54,896 nt of DNA from an uncultured Azospirillaceae bacterium (lineage in GTDB: Bacteria; Pseudomonadota; Alphaproteobacteria; Rickettsiales; UBA3002). Below, piece after piece: positions 1-9,571 of this stretch (the first letter of the stretch is position 1; every line of letters starts with the position of its first letter). The DNA is taken from assembly GCA_964342335.1 (NCBI GenBank), contig CAYFFN010000001.1, positions 1-54,896 on the forward strand. Direction: 5' to 3'. Both the position numbers and the translations under genes were made by a program. Below the pieces are notes generated by a model. That model did not search any database. It was not told the DNA's origin and worked only from the letters and a program-made list of their open reading frames with translations.

Positions 1-414
1 GCGGCCTTGGTAGAACTCTGGTGCGAAGCCTCACGTGACCCGTTCATGGTGCAGGCATTCCTGCCCGAAGTCGCGCGCCAAGACATGCGCGTGTTGCTCA
101 TCAATGGCAAGGTGGAAGGCGTGACCGGACGCATCCCCGCTGCCGGAGAAGTGCGCGCCAACTTCCGCGTGGGCGGCAGCGCCGCTGCCGTAGAACTCAA
201 TGCAAAACAACACGCCATCTGCGATGCCATCGGCCCAGCCCTCGCCGAAGCGGGCATCTATTTCGCGGGGATCGATTTGATTGGTGATTACCTCACCGAG
301 GTGAATGTCACCTCTCCCACCGGATTCCGCGCGGTGTATGATTTATACGGCATCAATGCCGCCGTCGCATTCTGGGATGGGGTAGAAACTATACTCGCCA
401 GCCGCGCGCAATAA
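1..414 (+). CDS. gshB: Glutathione synthetase, C-terminal fragment (gene starts upstream of window)
   Basis: Frame is open from nt 1. ATP-grasp C-terminal motifs RANFRVGGS and GIYFAGIDLIGDYLTEVNVTSPTG are typical of prokaryotic GshB. Confidence 0.85.
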   Translation, partial: AALVELWCEASRDPFMVQAFLPEVARQDMRVLLINGKVEGVTGRIPAAGEVRANFRVGGSAAAVELNAKQHAICDAIGPALAEAGIYFAGIDLIGDYLTEVNVTSPTGFRAVYDLYGINAAVAFWDGVETILASRAQ

Positions 415-1156
415 ACGCGCCGTTCTTAAGCGTCTCTTTGCCATATTCGAACAAGCTGCCATCTGGATTCACCACACTACCGCCTGCCGCTTCCACAATA
501 GCGTGACCTGCTGCGGTATCCCACTCCATTGTCGGGCCAAAGCGCGGATAGATATGCGCGCCACCATCCGCTATCAGGCAGAACTTATACGCGCTAGAAG
601 ACGGACGCGTTTCCACCACGTCTAACGCATCCACAAAGGCTTGCGTTTGGCTATCCATATGCGAGAAGCTCACCAATACCTGTTTGGCTTCTCCTGCCGC
701 TGGCTCTGCTGCGCAGCGAATTTGGCTCGTCTCGCCGGCCTTGTTGATACGCTGCGCCGATTCATTCACACCACCCATATAGGCGAGGCCCATCACCGGC
801 ACCACCAGCAAGCCCCACACCGGGCGATGGTGATGCATCAAACCGATATTAATCGTGAACTCATCAGTGCCTTTGATAAAACTTTTGGTGCCATCCAGCG
901 GGTCCACCAGCCAATAATATTCCGCTTCGGATACGTCTTTATGCTGCGTGTCTTCTTCGGATATAATCGGAATGTTCGGGGTGATGTGTTTCAAGCCCTC
1001 GCGCAATATTGCGTGTGACGCATGGTCAGCCTGCGTTACCGGAGAGGCGTCCGATTTTCGCTGCACCGCAACATCGCCGCCATAGTAAAACAACAGCGTT
1101 TCTGCGGCTTTCCAACCCAATTGCAACACGGCGTCTCTATCGAATGTAAAATCCAT
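389..1156 (-). CDS. cysQ: 3'(2'),5'-bisphosphate nucleotidase, inositol monophosphatase family (CysQ-like)
   Basis: IMPase motifs WLVDPLDGTKSF and SSAYKFCLIADG. The ORF track starts at a TTG at 1243 with no SD. I prefer the internal ATG at 1156 (MDFTFDRD...), which leaves a 95-nt divergent spacer to gdhB. Confidence 0.8.
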   Translation of the reverse strand: MDFTFDRDAVLQLGWKAAETLLFYYGGDVAVQRKSDASPVTQADHASHAILREGLKHITPNIPIISEEDTQHKDVSEAEYYWLVDPLDGTKSFIKGTDEFTINIGLMHHHRPVWGLLVVPVMGLAYMGGVNESAQRINKAGETSQIRCAAEPAAGEAKQVLVSFSHMDSQTQAFVDALDVVETRPSSSAYKFCLIADGGAHIYPRFGPTMEWDTAAGHAIVEAAGGSVVNPDGSLFEYGKETLKNGAFIARGWRV

Positions 1157-1251
1157 TTTGCGCTTTTTCCTACTCGCTTTTCCCTTCAGACTAGCGTAAA
1201 TATCCGCTACACTAATGGCAAATAAAAGCGCGAATTTTTTCAAGGACGCTC

Positions 1252-4200
1252 ATGACCGATATTTACAAAAAACGTTTTGATACATGCATCGCCGCAATTG
1301 TGGCGCATATTCCCAAAAGCGCCAGCGCGGAAGAGAAACGTTTCATCCCGCAATTTTTTGCGAAGATGCCGCTGCTTGATTTAGAAAAAGTAGAACCAAA
1401 GCACGCCTATATTGTTGCGCACAACGCCTTCGAATTTATGCAGCACCGCGAGCTAGGCGCGCCTGCCATCCGCATGTTCAAACCGCAAAAAGCCAAGCAT
1501 GGCTGGACGTCTGATCACTGGGCGCTGCAAATCATGATGGAGGATATGCCCTTCATCGTCGATAGCGTGCGTACCGAACTCAGCCAGCAAGGCATCTCCG
1601 TATATGACACTGTGCACCCCGTACTGCAAGTAAAGCGCACCAAAGCGGGTAAACTTTCACGCCTTCTTGAGGCAGAAGAAGAGCCCAAGAAAGATTCTAT
1701 TGCAGAATCGTTCGTACATATTGAAATGTCTCCTCCTCCAGGCGAAAGTGACTCTGATCTTGCGACACGCCTGCACGAACTCTTGGAGACCATTCGCCTT
1801 GTGGTGCAGGATTGGAAACCTATGCTCTCGAAGGTTGGCGATGTCTCTGGCCGCCTCACCAAGCAGCGCGACTTTTTCGATAGCGCAGAAATTGATGAAG
1901 CCAAAGATTTTCTCAAATGGCTTAAGAATAAAAACTTCGTCTTCCTGGGCTACATGGAATATCTCTTCCACGAATCCGAAGACGGAGAAGGGCTGGAGCT
2001 AGAGCCGGAAGAAGATAAGGCGCTTGGTATCTTCCGTACCGAGCATGACGTATTCCGTCCTAAAGCGCTAGAATCTCTGCCAAGCGAATTGCTGCGTTTT
2101 GCGGCGCAGCCGGAGGTGATTCAAATCACCAAATCCAACCGCCGCTCCCTCATTCACCGTCCGGTGTTGATGGATTATATCGCGATTAAAAAATTCGATA
2201 AAGAAGGCCGCGTGATTGGTGAGTGCCGCTTCCTCGGCCTGTTCACCTCTACCGTTTATTACCAAAGCGCCGAGAATATTCCCTATATTCGTCGCAAGAT
2301 TGGCCGCACGTTGGAGCGCGCTAATTATGACCCGATTAGCCATAATGGAAAATCCCTCAAAGCTATTTTGGAATTCTATCCGCGCGATGAACTCTTCCAG
2401 ATTACTGAGGATGATTTGTTCCATTTCAGTGTCGATATTATGGCGCTGGAGGCACGCCCAAACATTGGGCTGTTCGTGCGTAAGGACGCGTTTGAGCGCT
2501 TCTTGAGCTGCATGGTCTTTATCCCGCGCGAACGCTTCGATTCCTATCTGCGCGAGCGCATTAGCAAGATTCTTGAAGAGCGCTATCACGGCAAAGTCAG
2601 TGCCTTCTACACGCAATTGACCGACTCGCCACTGGCACGCTTGCATATCATCATCCAAACGAATCCCGGCGATATTCCAGATTGCGACATCGCAGATATT
2701 CGTGAAGAGATTAGCCATGTGACCAATGCATGGAGCGACAATCTGCGCGATGCGTTGATAGAAGAATATGGGAAGAAGAAGGGCGAACAACTCGCTCAGC
2801 AATACCAAGATAGTTTCAGCGAAGCCTACACCACCCATTACGGCATTAGCGATGCGGTGGGTGACATCAAAAAGATTGAAGAGATCGATAAGAAGCAAGC
2901 CGTAGCTGTGGATTTGCTACTGCGCCGTACCAGCGGCAAAGAGTCGCTGCATCTGCGCCTCTACAGCACTGATGAGGCACCGCTTTCGGACATGATACCG
3001 ATGCTGGAGCATATGGGGTGCAAGGTGCAAGATGCACGTCCGCACACCATCACTACGCGTGGTCGCAAAGCGAACATTATCATGCGCGACTTCCGCCTAG
3101 AGCTCGTGAATGGCGCGAATGTCGATTTAGCAGAAATCAAAAATGCGTTTGAGGAAGCACTGCGCCAAGTATGGGAAGGCCATGTAGAGGATGATGCTTT
3201 CAACAGCCTTGTCATGCTTGCCAAACTGCAATGGCGCGACGTGCTGATTCTGCGCGCCTATTCACATTATATGAAGCAAGTTGGCCTGCCTTATAGCCGG
3301 GATTACATCGCGCGCGCCCTCGCCAACCACCCGCATATTGGCGAGATTATCATTCAGATGTTCCACGCCAAGTTTGACCCGAAACACAACAGCGCCGTGA
3401 AGCTAAAGCAACTGGGCGAAGCATTAGAAAAAGCATTGGAAGAGGTAGAGAACCTCGCAGAAGACCGCATTGTGCGCGCCTATGCCGATCTGATAGAAGC
3501 GACCTTGCGTACCAACTATTTCCAGAAAGACAAAAAGGGGCGTATGAAGGACTATGTCTCCTTCAAATTCCGCTCAAGCGAAGTGCCAGACCTTCCTCTG
3601 CCGCACCCTTACGCAGAGATTTTTGTCTACTCACTGCGTACCGAAGGTATCCATTTACGCGGTGATCGCGTAGCACGCGGTGGCTTGCGCTGGTCAGATC
3701 GCTTAGAAGATTTCCGCACCGAAGTACTTGGCCTGATGAAGGCACAAATGGTGAAGAATACCGTGATTGTGCCACAAGGCTCTAAAGGTGGATTCGTCGT
3801 CAAACATCCGCCTGAGTCAGGGGACCGTGATGCGTTCCTCAAAGAAGGCATTGAGTGCTACAAAACCTTCTTGCGAGGCCTGCTCGACCTGACCGACAAT
3901 ATTGTACAGGACGAAATTATCCCGCCCAAAGACGTAGTGCGTTATGACGATGACGACCCGTATCTCGTCGTCGCAGCGGATAAAGGTACCGCTACCTTCT
4001 CTGATATCGCCAATGGCGTGTCGGAGGAATATGGATTCTGGCTCGGCGATGCGTTTGCCTCTGGCGGCTCCGCTGGCTATGACCATAAAGAAATGGCCAT
4101 TACTGCGCGCGGGGCATGGGTATCCGTGCAACGTCACTTCCGCGAGATGGGCGTAGACACGCAGAAGCAAGATTTCACCGTTGCAGGTATTGGCGACATG

Positions 4201-6093
4201 TCCGGCGACGTGTTTGGCAATGGAATGCTGCTGTCCAAACATATCCGTTTGGTCGCTGCCTTCAACCACCGCCATATCTTCTTGGATCCAAACCCAAGCG
4301 CTGCAAAAAGCTTTAAAGAACGTGAGCGTCTTTATGCACTGCCGCGCTCTGGCTGGAACGACTATAACCCTAAACTGATTTCCAAAGGCGGCGGCATCTA
4401 TGAGCGTAGCGCCAAGAGTATTGCGCTCACGCCAGAGGTGCAGAAGTTGCTCGGCACCAAGCTGAGCCATGTGTCACCTGATGCACTCATTAGCCTGATC
4501 CTCAAAGCGCAGGTCGATCTGCTGTGGAATGGTGGCATCGGCACCTATGTAAAAGCCGAAACAGAGAACCATAACGATGTTGGCGACCGCGGAAACAATG
4601 CCGTGCGCATCAACGCGACGGAGCTGCGCTGCAAGGTCGTGGGCGAAGGCGGAAACCTTGGCTTCACCCAACGCGCGCGTATCGAATATGCGCTTGGTGG
4701 CGGCCGCATCAACACCGATGCAATTGATAACTCCGCAGGCGTAGACTGCTCCGACCATGAGGTAAATATCAAGATTGCGCTGGGCAACGCCATTGAGAAT
4801 AAAAAACTCACCCGCACCAAACGCGATACACTCCTCGCCGCGATGACGGAAGATGTCGCCAAGCTGGTGCTCATCGATAACCGCTTGCAAACCCAAGCAC
4901 TCACCATCGCCGAACGTCAGGGTGATGCCTTGCTTGAGCAGCAAGCACGCATGATGGATGATTTGGAGCGTCAAGGCTATCTGGATCGTGCGGTAGAGTT
5001 CCTGCCGACTACCAAAGCACTCAACGAGCGTCGTGCAGCGGGTCTGAGCCTCTCGCGCCCAGAGCTGGCTATCTTGCTTTCCTACAGCAAGCTGAGCCTG
5101 TTCCGCGATATCAAAGATTCCAGCCTGCTGGATTCCAGCTATTTCGAGAGTGATTTGCTGCGCTACTTCCCTGATGATATGCGTAAGAAATATGCAGACT
5201 CGATTAAGTCGCATCGCCTGCGCCGTGAGATTATCGCGACTATCATCACCAATAGCATCATCAACCGCGTCGGCATCACCTTCATGCACAGTATTCAGCA
5301 GGAGACGGGTTGCCACCCATGCGATATCGCACGCGCCTATATTATGGTACGCGACCTGTTCAAACTGCGCGATGTATGGCGCCAGATTGAGGCGCTAGAC
5401 GGGAAAGTGGATGCCGATACGCAAGTCGCTCTCTTCACCGAGGTGAATCAGTTTATCGAACGCATGACTTTCTGGTTCTTGCGCCATTGCGATCAGCCAC
5501 TCGATTTGAACGCCATTTCCGAGAATTACGGTGAAGGGCTAGAGACGTTGCGCAAAGAGTTGGATGGGCTTATTTCCAAAACGCTCAGCAAGTCTTACCG
5601 CAACCGTGCGACCGCATATTCGCAGAAAGACGTGCCGATGGAGCTCGCCCAATCGATTGCCGCTTTGGAGATTCTCACCTCTTATGCCGATATCGTGAAG
5701 GCCGCGCGTGAAGTAGATTTGGACGTGGTAACGGTCGGCCGCATCTATTTCGAGATGGGCGCACAATTGCGCCTAGGCTGGCTACGCCGCTGCGCAACGC
5801 GTATTCATGTGGATTCCTATTGGGATCGTCTCGCCGTTAAATCGATCATCACCGATTTCTATGATCAACAACGCGAGATCACCAAAAATACGGCTGCTTT
5901 ATTATGCCAGAACAAAGACTGCGATAAAGTCGTCGATACGTGGAAAGCGCGCAATAAAGGCGTCTATAAACGTTACCACAATTTTGTGCTGGAGCTGAAA
6001 TCGCAAGAGAATGTCGACCTCGCCATGCTTGCCGTCGCATTGCATAATGTCGAGCATTTGCAAGTGGCACGCAGTGAGACTATCGAAGAATAA
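1252..6093 (+). CDS. gdhB: Large NAD-specific glutamate dehydrogenase (about 1600-aa Bac_GDH class)
   Basis: Uninterrupted 1613-aa ORF. The block GGLRWSDRLEDFRTEVLGLMKAQMVKNTVIVPQGSKGGFV and the GEGGNLGFTQ region are characteristic of the giant NAD-GDH family. Confidence 0.9.
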   Translation: MTDIYKKRFDTCIAAIVAHIPKSASAEEKRFIPQFFAKMPLLDLEKVEPKHAYIVAHNAFEFMQHRELGAPAIRMFKPQKAKHGWTSDHWALQIMMEDMPFIVDSVRTELSQQGISVYDTVHPVLQVKRTKAGKLSRLLEAEEEPKKDSIAESFVHIEMSPPPGESDSDLATRLHELLETIRLVVQDWKPMLSKVGDVSGRLTKQRDFFDSAEIDEAKDFLKWLKNKNFVFLGYMEYLFHESEDGEGLELEPEEDKALGIFRTEHDVFRPKALESLPSELLRFAAQPEVIQITKSNRRSLIHRPVLMDYIAIKKFDKEGRVIGECRFLGLFTSTVYYQSAENIPYIRRKIGRTLERANYDPISHNGKSLKAILEFYPRDELFQITEDDLFHFSVDIMALEARPNIGLFVRKDAFERFLSCMVFIPRERFDSYLRERISKILEERYHGKVSAFYTQLTDSPLARLHIIIQTNPGDIPDCDIADIREEISHVTNAWSDNLRDALIEEYGKKKGEQLAQQYQDSFSEAYTTHYGISDAVGDIKKIEEIDKKQAVAVDLLLRRTSGKESLHLRLYSTDEAPLSDMIPMLEHMGCKVQDARPHTITTRGRKANIIMRDFRLELVNGANVDLAEIKNAFEEALRQVWEGHVEDDAFNSLVMLAKLQWRDVLILRAYSHYMKQVGLPYSRDYIARALANHPHIGEIIIQMFHAKFDPKHNSAVKLKQLGEALEKALEEVENLAEDRIVRAYADLIEATLRTNYFQKDKKGRMKDYVSFKFRSSEVPDLPLPHPYAEIFVYSLRTEGIHLRGDRVARGGLRWSDRLEDFRTEVLGLMKAQMVKNTVIVPQGSKGGFVVKHPPESGDRDAFLKEGIECYKTFLRGLLDLTDNIVQDEIIPPKDVVRYDDDDPYLVVAADKGTATFSDIANGVSEEYGFWLGDAFASGGSAGYDHKEMAITARGAWVSVQRHFREMGVDTQKQDFTVAGIGDMSGDVFGNGMLLSKHIRLVAAFNHRHIFLDPNPSAAKSFKERERLYALPRSGWNDYNPKLISKGGGIYERSAKSIALTPEVQKLLGTKLSHVSPDALISLILKAQVDLLWNGGIGTYVKAETENHNDVGDRGNNAVRINATELRCKVVGEGGNLGFTQRARIEYALGGGRINTDAIDNSAGVDCSDHEVNIKIALGNAIENKKLTRTKRDTLLAAMTEDVAKLVLIDNRLQTQALTIAERQGDALLEQQARMMDDLERQGYLDRAVEFLPTTKALNERRAAGLSLSRPELAILLSYSKLSLFRDIKDSSLLDSSYFESDLLRYFPDDMRKKYADSIKSHRLRREIIATIITNSIINRVGITFMHSIQQETGCHPCDIARAYIMVRDLFKLRDVWRQIEALDGKVDADTQVALFTEVNQFIERMTFWFLRHCDQPLDLNAISENYGEGLETLRKELDGLISKTLSKSYRNRATAYSQKDVPMELAQSIAALEILTSYADIVKAAREVDLDVVTVGRIYFEMGAQLRLGWLRRCATRIHVDSYWDRLAVKSIITDFYDQQREITKNTAALLCQNKDCDKVVDTWKARNKGVYKRYHNFVLELKSQENVDLAMLAVALHNVEHLQVARSETIEE

Positions 6094-6095
6094 GG

Positions 6096-7643
6096 TTAGT
6101 GCTTAAAGTGGCGCTCGCCGGTGAGTAACATCGCCATATCGTAGCTATCGGCGGCGGCGATCACCTCTTCATCACGAATCGACCCACCCGGATGGATGAG
6201 ACTGGTGATGCCGAGTTCTTTCGCGTGATGCACATTGTCATCAAAGGGGAAGAACGCATCCGATGCAAGCGCGCAGCCTTCCGTAGAAAGCTTCGCCGCG
6301 CGCGCCTTCTCACCCGCTAAGCGCACGCTATCCACGCGGCTCATCTGCCCCGCACCGATACCAATCGTTTGGCCGTCTTTCGCGATGACAATCGCATTGG
6401 ACTTCACATGTTTGCATACCGCAAAGGCAAAGCGCATATCACGCATCTCCGACGCACTTGGCGCACGCTTCGCGACAGATTTGAGCGCCTCTTCGCTTAC
6501 CAATTGCGCATCCGCATCCTGCACCAAATACCCACCCAACACGGATTTCACGAATGGCGGCTGCTTGGATAGGTCAGGCATAGCACCGGTAATCAGAATA
6601 CGCAGATTCTTCTTCGCAGAGAGCGTCTCTTTCGCGTCATCGCTGATGGCAGGAGCAATAATCACCTCTAGGAACAGCTTCCCAATCGCTTCCACCAGCG
6701 TAGCGTCTACTTCGCGGTTGGTCGCAAGAATCCCACCATAGGCGCTCACAGAGTCGCATGCCAATGCCTTGGTAAAGGCTTCGGTAACATCCGCACCCAA
6801 TGCAACGCCGCACGGATTCGCATGTTTAATCAGTGCCACCGCAGGCTCATCAAACTCGGCGACAAGTTGCCACGCCGCATCGGTGTCGTTGATGTTATTA
6901 TAGCTCAGCTCTTTGCCTTGCAATTGCTCGGCCGTTGCCAAGCCTGGCTGCGCATCGGCGGCGGCATAAAATGCTGCTGCTTGGTGAGGGTTCTCGCCGT
7001 AGCGCAGGCTTTGCTTCAATGTGCCTTGCACGGAAAGCGGCAATGCCGCCTCGCCGCCCAGCTCGCCCGCAAGCCAATTGGCAATCATCGCATCGTACCC
7101 TGCGGTATGCGCAAAGGCCTTCTGCGCGAGTTTTTGACGCGTGCTGTATTCCGTCGCATTGCTGTTTGTATTCAGCTCTGCCAGCACGGTATCATAATCC
7201 GATGGGTCGGTGATAATGCTCACAAACTTATGGTTTTTAGCAGAGGCGCGGAGCATCGCGGGCCCACCAATATCAATCTGCTCCACCGCATCTCCATAAG
7301 CCGCGCCAGAGGCAATCGTCGCTGCGAAGGGGTAGAGATTCAGCGCCACCAAATCAATCGGCGTGATGTCGTGTTCGCTCAATGCCTGTTGGTGCGTGTC
7401 CTTATCGCGCAGCGCCAAAATGCCACCATGGATTTTAGGGTGCAGCGTCTTCACGCGGCCATCCATCATCTCTGGTGAACCTGTAACCGAAGCCACATCA
7501 ATCGTCTCCAACCCCGCTTCGCGTAGCGCCTTGGCAGTACCGCCCGTAGAAACCAGCTCCCAACCGAGCGCTGCGAGTCCTTTGGCAAAATCGACGATAC
7601 CGGTTTTATCCGAAACGGAGAGAAGGGCTCTAGGCTTAGACAT
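6096..7643 (-). CDS. purH: Bifunctional AICAR transformylase / IMP cyclohydrolase
   Basis: 515 aa. N-terminal MGS-like ALLSVSDKTGIV, KTLHPKIHGGIL, and C-terminal PGGSIRD...ERHFKH. Confidence 0.95.
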   Translation of the reverse strand: MSKPRALLSVSDKTGIVDFAKGLAALGWELVSTGGTAKALREAGLETIDVASVTGSPEMMDGRVKTLHPKIHGGILALRDKDTHQQALSEHDITPIDLVALNLYPFAATIASGAAYGDAVEQIDIGGPAMLRASAKNHKFVSIITDPSDYDTVLAELNTNSNATEYSTRQKLAQKAFAHTAGYDAMIANWLAGELGGEAALPLSVQGTLKQSLRYGENPHQAAAFYAAADAQPGLATAEQLQGKELSYNNINDTDAAWQLVAEFDEPAVALIKHANPCGVALGADVTEAFTKALACDSVSAYGGILATNREVDATLVEAIGKLFLEVIIAPAISDDAKETLSAKKNLRILITGAMPDLSKQPPFVKSVLGGYLVQDADAQLVSEEALKSVAKRAPSASEMRDMRFAFAVCKHVKSNAIVIAKDGQTIGIGAGQMSRVDSVRLAGEKARAAKLSTEGCALASDAFFPFDDNVHHAKELGITSLIHPGGSIRDEEVIAAADSYDMAMLLTGERHFKH

Positions 7644-9562
7644 TAGGATGCTTCCTGTTGGTTGTAGATTTGCAAATAATCAGCCGCCTCATAGCGGTAT
7701 TCGGGCACGATGGCTAGCAGCGCCTCGCGAATAGCAGCTTTATCCACCGCCTCAGCGCAGCCAATGAGCTTCTCCAATTGCGCGAGCAATTCTGGCAAAT
7801 CCACCTCACGCGCAGCAGCAGAACGAATCGCCTCATGCGCCGTTGGCTCCAGCGACTCCGCATCATGGAACAACTCCTCATAGAGTTTTTCGCCGGGGCG
7901 CAGGCCAATATATTCCAGCGCAATATCTTCATGCGGGGTGAGCCCCGCGAGGCGAATCATCTGCTCGGCTAAATCTTTGATGCGCACCGGCTCACCCATA
8001 TCCAGCACATAGATACTCGCCTTGCCTTGCTCACGTGGTGGCAGGGCAGCGGCTTGCAAAATCAACTGCACCGCCTCTTTAATCGTCATGAAATAGCGCG
8101 TCATGTCTGGGTGCGTAATCGTAATCGGCCCGCCCTTCTCCAGCTGGCGCTGAAACAGCGGCACAACGGAACCATTCGAGCCTAGTACATTGCCAAAGCG
8201 CACCGTGACAAAACGCGTCTCGCAGGTTGCCGCGAGGGCTTGCGTGTAGGTCTCACCAATCTTCTTGGTCGTGCCCATCACGCTGGTCGGGTTCACCGCT
8301 TTATCGGTAGAAACCTGCACCATCAATTCCACATTATGCGCACAGCACGCATCGGCCACATTGCGCGTGCCCTGCACGTTGGTAAGCACCGCTTGATGTG
8401 GATGCGCTTCCATCATCGGCACATGCTTGAGTGCGGCAGCATGGAACACAATCTCCGGCTTGTAGTGCTCGAACGCACGTGCGAGCCCTTCGGCATGGCG
8501 AATATCTTCCAGCACCACGTGACGCGGGTGCGTCGTCGCATGGCTATGTAGCTCCGCATCAATTTGGTAGAGCGCAAATTCATTATTATCCAACAGCACA
8601 AGCGATGCAGGGTCAGAGTTTGAGATTTGGCGCACCAACTCGCCACCAATCGAACCGCCCGCACCCGTCACCAACACGCGCTTGCCTGCAGTCAGCTTGC
8701 GCATCGCAGGGCGGTCTAGGTTACTCTGCGGACGACCGAGAATATCCTCCACGTCAATCGGGCGGATATCGAGCTTATCGACCGCACCGCGGCTAAAATC
8801 AGTCAGGCGCGGTAGGCGCGCGAGTGGGATATTCGCTTCCTCTGACGCAGTCAAAATCTCACGCACCGTATCACCGGGAATCTGCACATCGGTGAGAATC
8901 AAACGCTGCGGGCGCTGACCCTTTTTGCGTTCACATTTTGCAATCACTTCGGGCAATTTGCTGTAATCCCCATGCACGCGCACATGGTGAATATCACGGC
9001 CAATCAGCTCGGCACGGTCATCAATCACCGCCAATACCTCATACGCAAATTCAGGGTTACGCTTCGCTTCACGGATGAAAAGCTCTGCCTCATTCCCTGC
9101 GCGAATCAACACCACAGGGATACGTTTGCGCGCCGATTCACTATGCTGGTTCGGCTTGGTGCGGTCATGCCACAAGCGCCATGCGAGGCGCGTACCGCAG
9201 ATAGCCGCAATCATGGTAAGCAATTGAATCAGCGGGAGGGAACGCGGCACTTGCTCTAGGCGCATCGTCAAAAACAGGGTGAGGTAAATCACCAACACAC
9301 TCATCACGCAGGCTTGGGTGATGGCAACCAAATCACGCAGCGACACATAGCGCCAGACTTGGCGATAGAGACGCGTGGTGATGGAATAGAGCGCATAGAC
9401 CACCGCACTCAACACCGTTGCCGCCAGCAGATAATCCTCCGCATAGGCAAACATATTCTCGCCCAAGCGCAGATAAAGCGCGAGCGGCAAGCTGATTCCC
9501 GCCATCAACGCATCATGCGTGAAGATAATCGGGTTGCGGTAGCGTTTGATAATCCGTTTCAT
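7643..9562 (-). CDS. Membrane-anchored polysaccharide biosynthesis protein, CapD/PglF/WbpM-like nucleotide-sugar 4,6-dehydratase
   Basis: 639 aa with an N-terminal hydrophobic (TM) region. Rossmann VLVTGAGGSIGGEL, then FHAAALKHVPMME and VSTDKAVNPTSVMGTTKK (Polysacc_synt_2-type motifs). Confidence 0.85.
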   Translation of the reverse strand: MKRIIKRYRNPIIFTHDALMAGISLPLALYLRLGENMFAYAEDYLLAATVLSAVVYALYSITTRLYRQVWRYVSLRDLVAITQACVMSVLVIYLTLFLTMRLEQVPRSLPLIQLLTMIAAICGTRLAWRLWHDRTKPNQHSESARKRIPVVLIRAGNEAELFIREAKRNPEFAYEVLAVIDDRAELIGRDIHHVRVHGDYSKLPEVIAKCERKKGQRPQRLILTDVQIPGDTVREILTASEEANIPLARLPRLTDFSRGAVDKLDIRPIDVEDILGRPQSNLDRPAMRKLTAGKRVLVTGAGGSIGGELVRQISNSDPASLVLLDNNEFALYQIDAELHSHATTHPRHVVLEDIRHAEGLARAFEHYKPEIVFHAAALKHVPMMEAHPHQAVLTNVQGTRNVADACCAHNVELMVQVSTDKAVNPTSVMGTTKKIGETYTQALAATCETRFVTVRFGNVLGSNGSVVPLFQRQLEKGGPITITHPDMTRYFMTIKEAVQLILQAAALPPREQGKASIYVLDMGEPVRIKDLAEQMIRLAGLTPHEDIALEYIGLRPGEKLYEELFHDAESLEPTAHEAIRSAAAREVDLPELLAQLEKLIGCAEAVDKAAIREALLAIVPEYRYEAADYLQIYNQQEAS

Positions 9563-9571
9563 TGGCCTGTT

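Noticed and set aside
1157-1243. The N-terminal extension of cysQ (MKKFALLFAISVADIYA...), which looks like a Sec signal peptide.
   Set aside because: It starts at a TTG with no SD, only 8 nt from the divergent gdhB ATG. The CysQ homology begins at the internal ATG at 1156. The extension is probably a non-coding divergent promoter region.
2068-5316. Long antisense ORFs inside gdhB (2068-2898, 3817-4470 and 4474-5316, each about 217-280 aa). Similar ones lie opposite purH (6822-7478), secF (17409-18098), petB (22946-23653), ampG (26167-26874) and the PfkB kinase (27470-28225).
   Set aside because: Each lies entirely opposite a CDS with strong family motifs. Their translations are Arg/His/Ala-rich, low-complexity sequences with no recognisable domains. 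These are typical shadow ORFs of moderately GC-rich DNA.
7740-7748. A DnaA-box-like TTATCCACC (8 of 9 match).
   Set aside because: It is a single isolated occurrence inside the capD-like CDS, with no cluster and no AT-rich unwinding element nearby, so it is not an origin.
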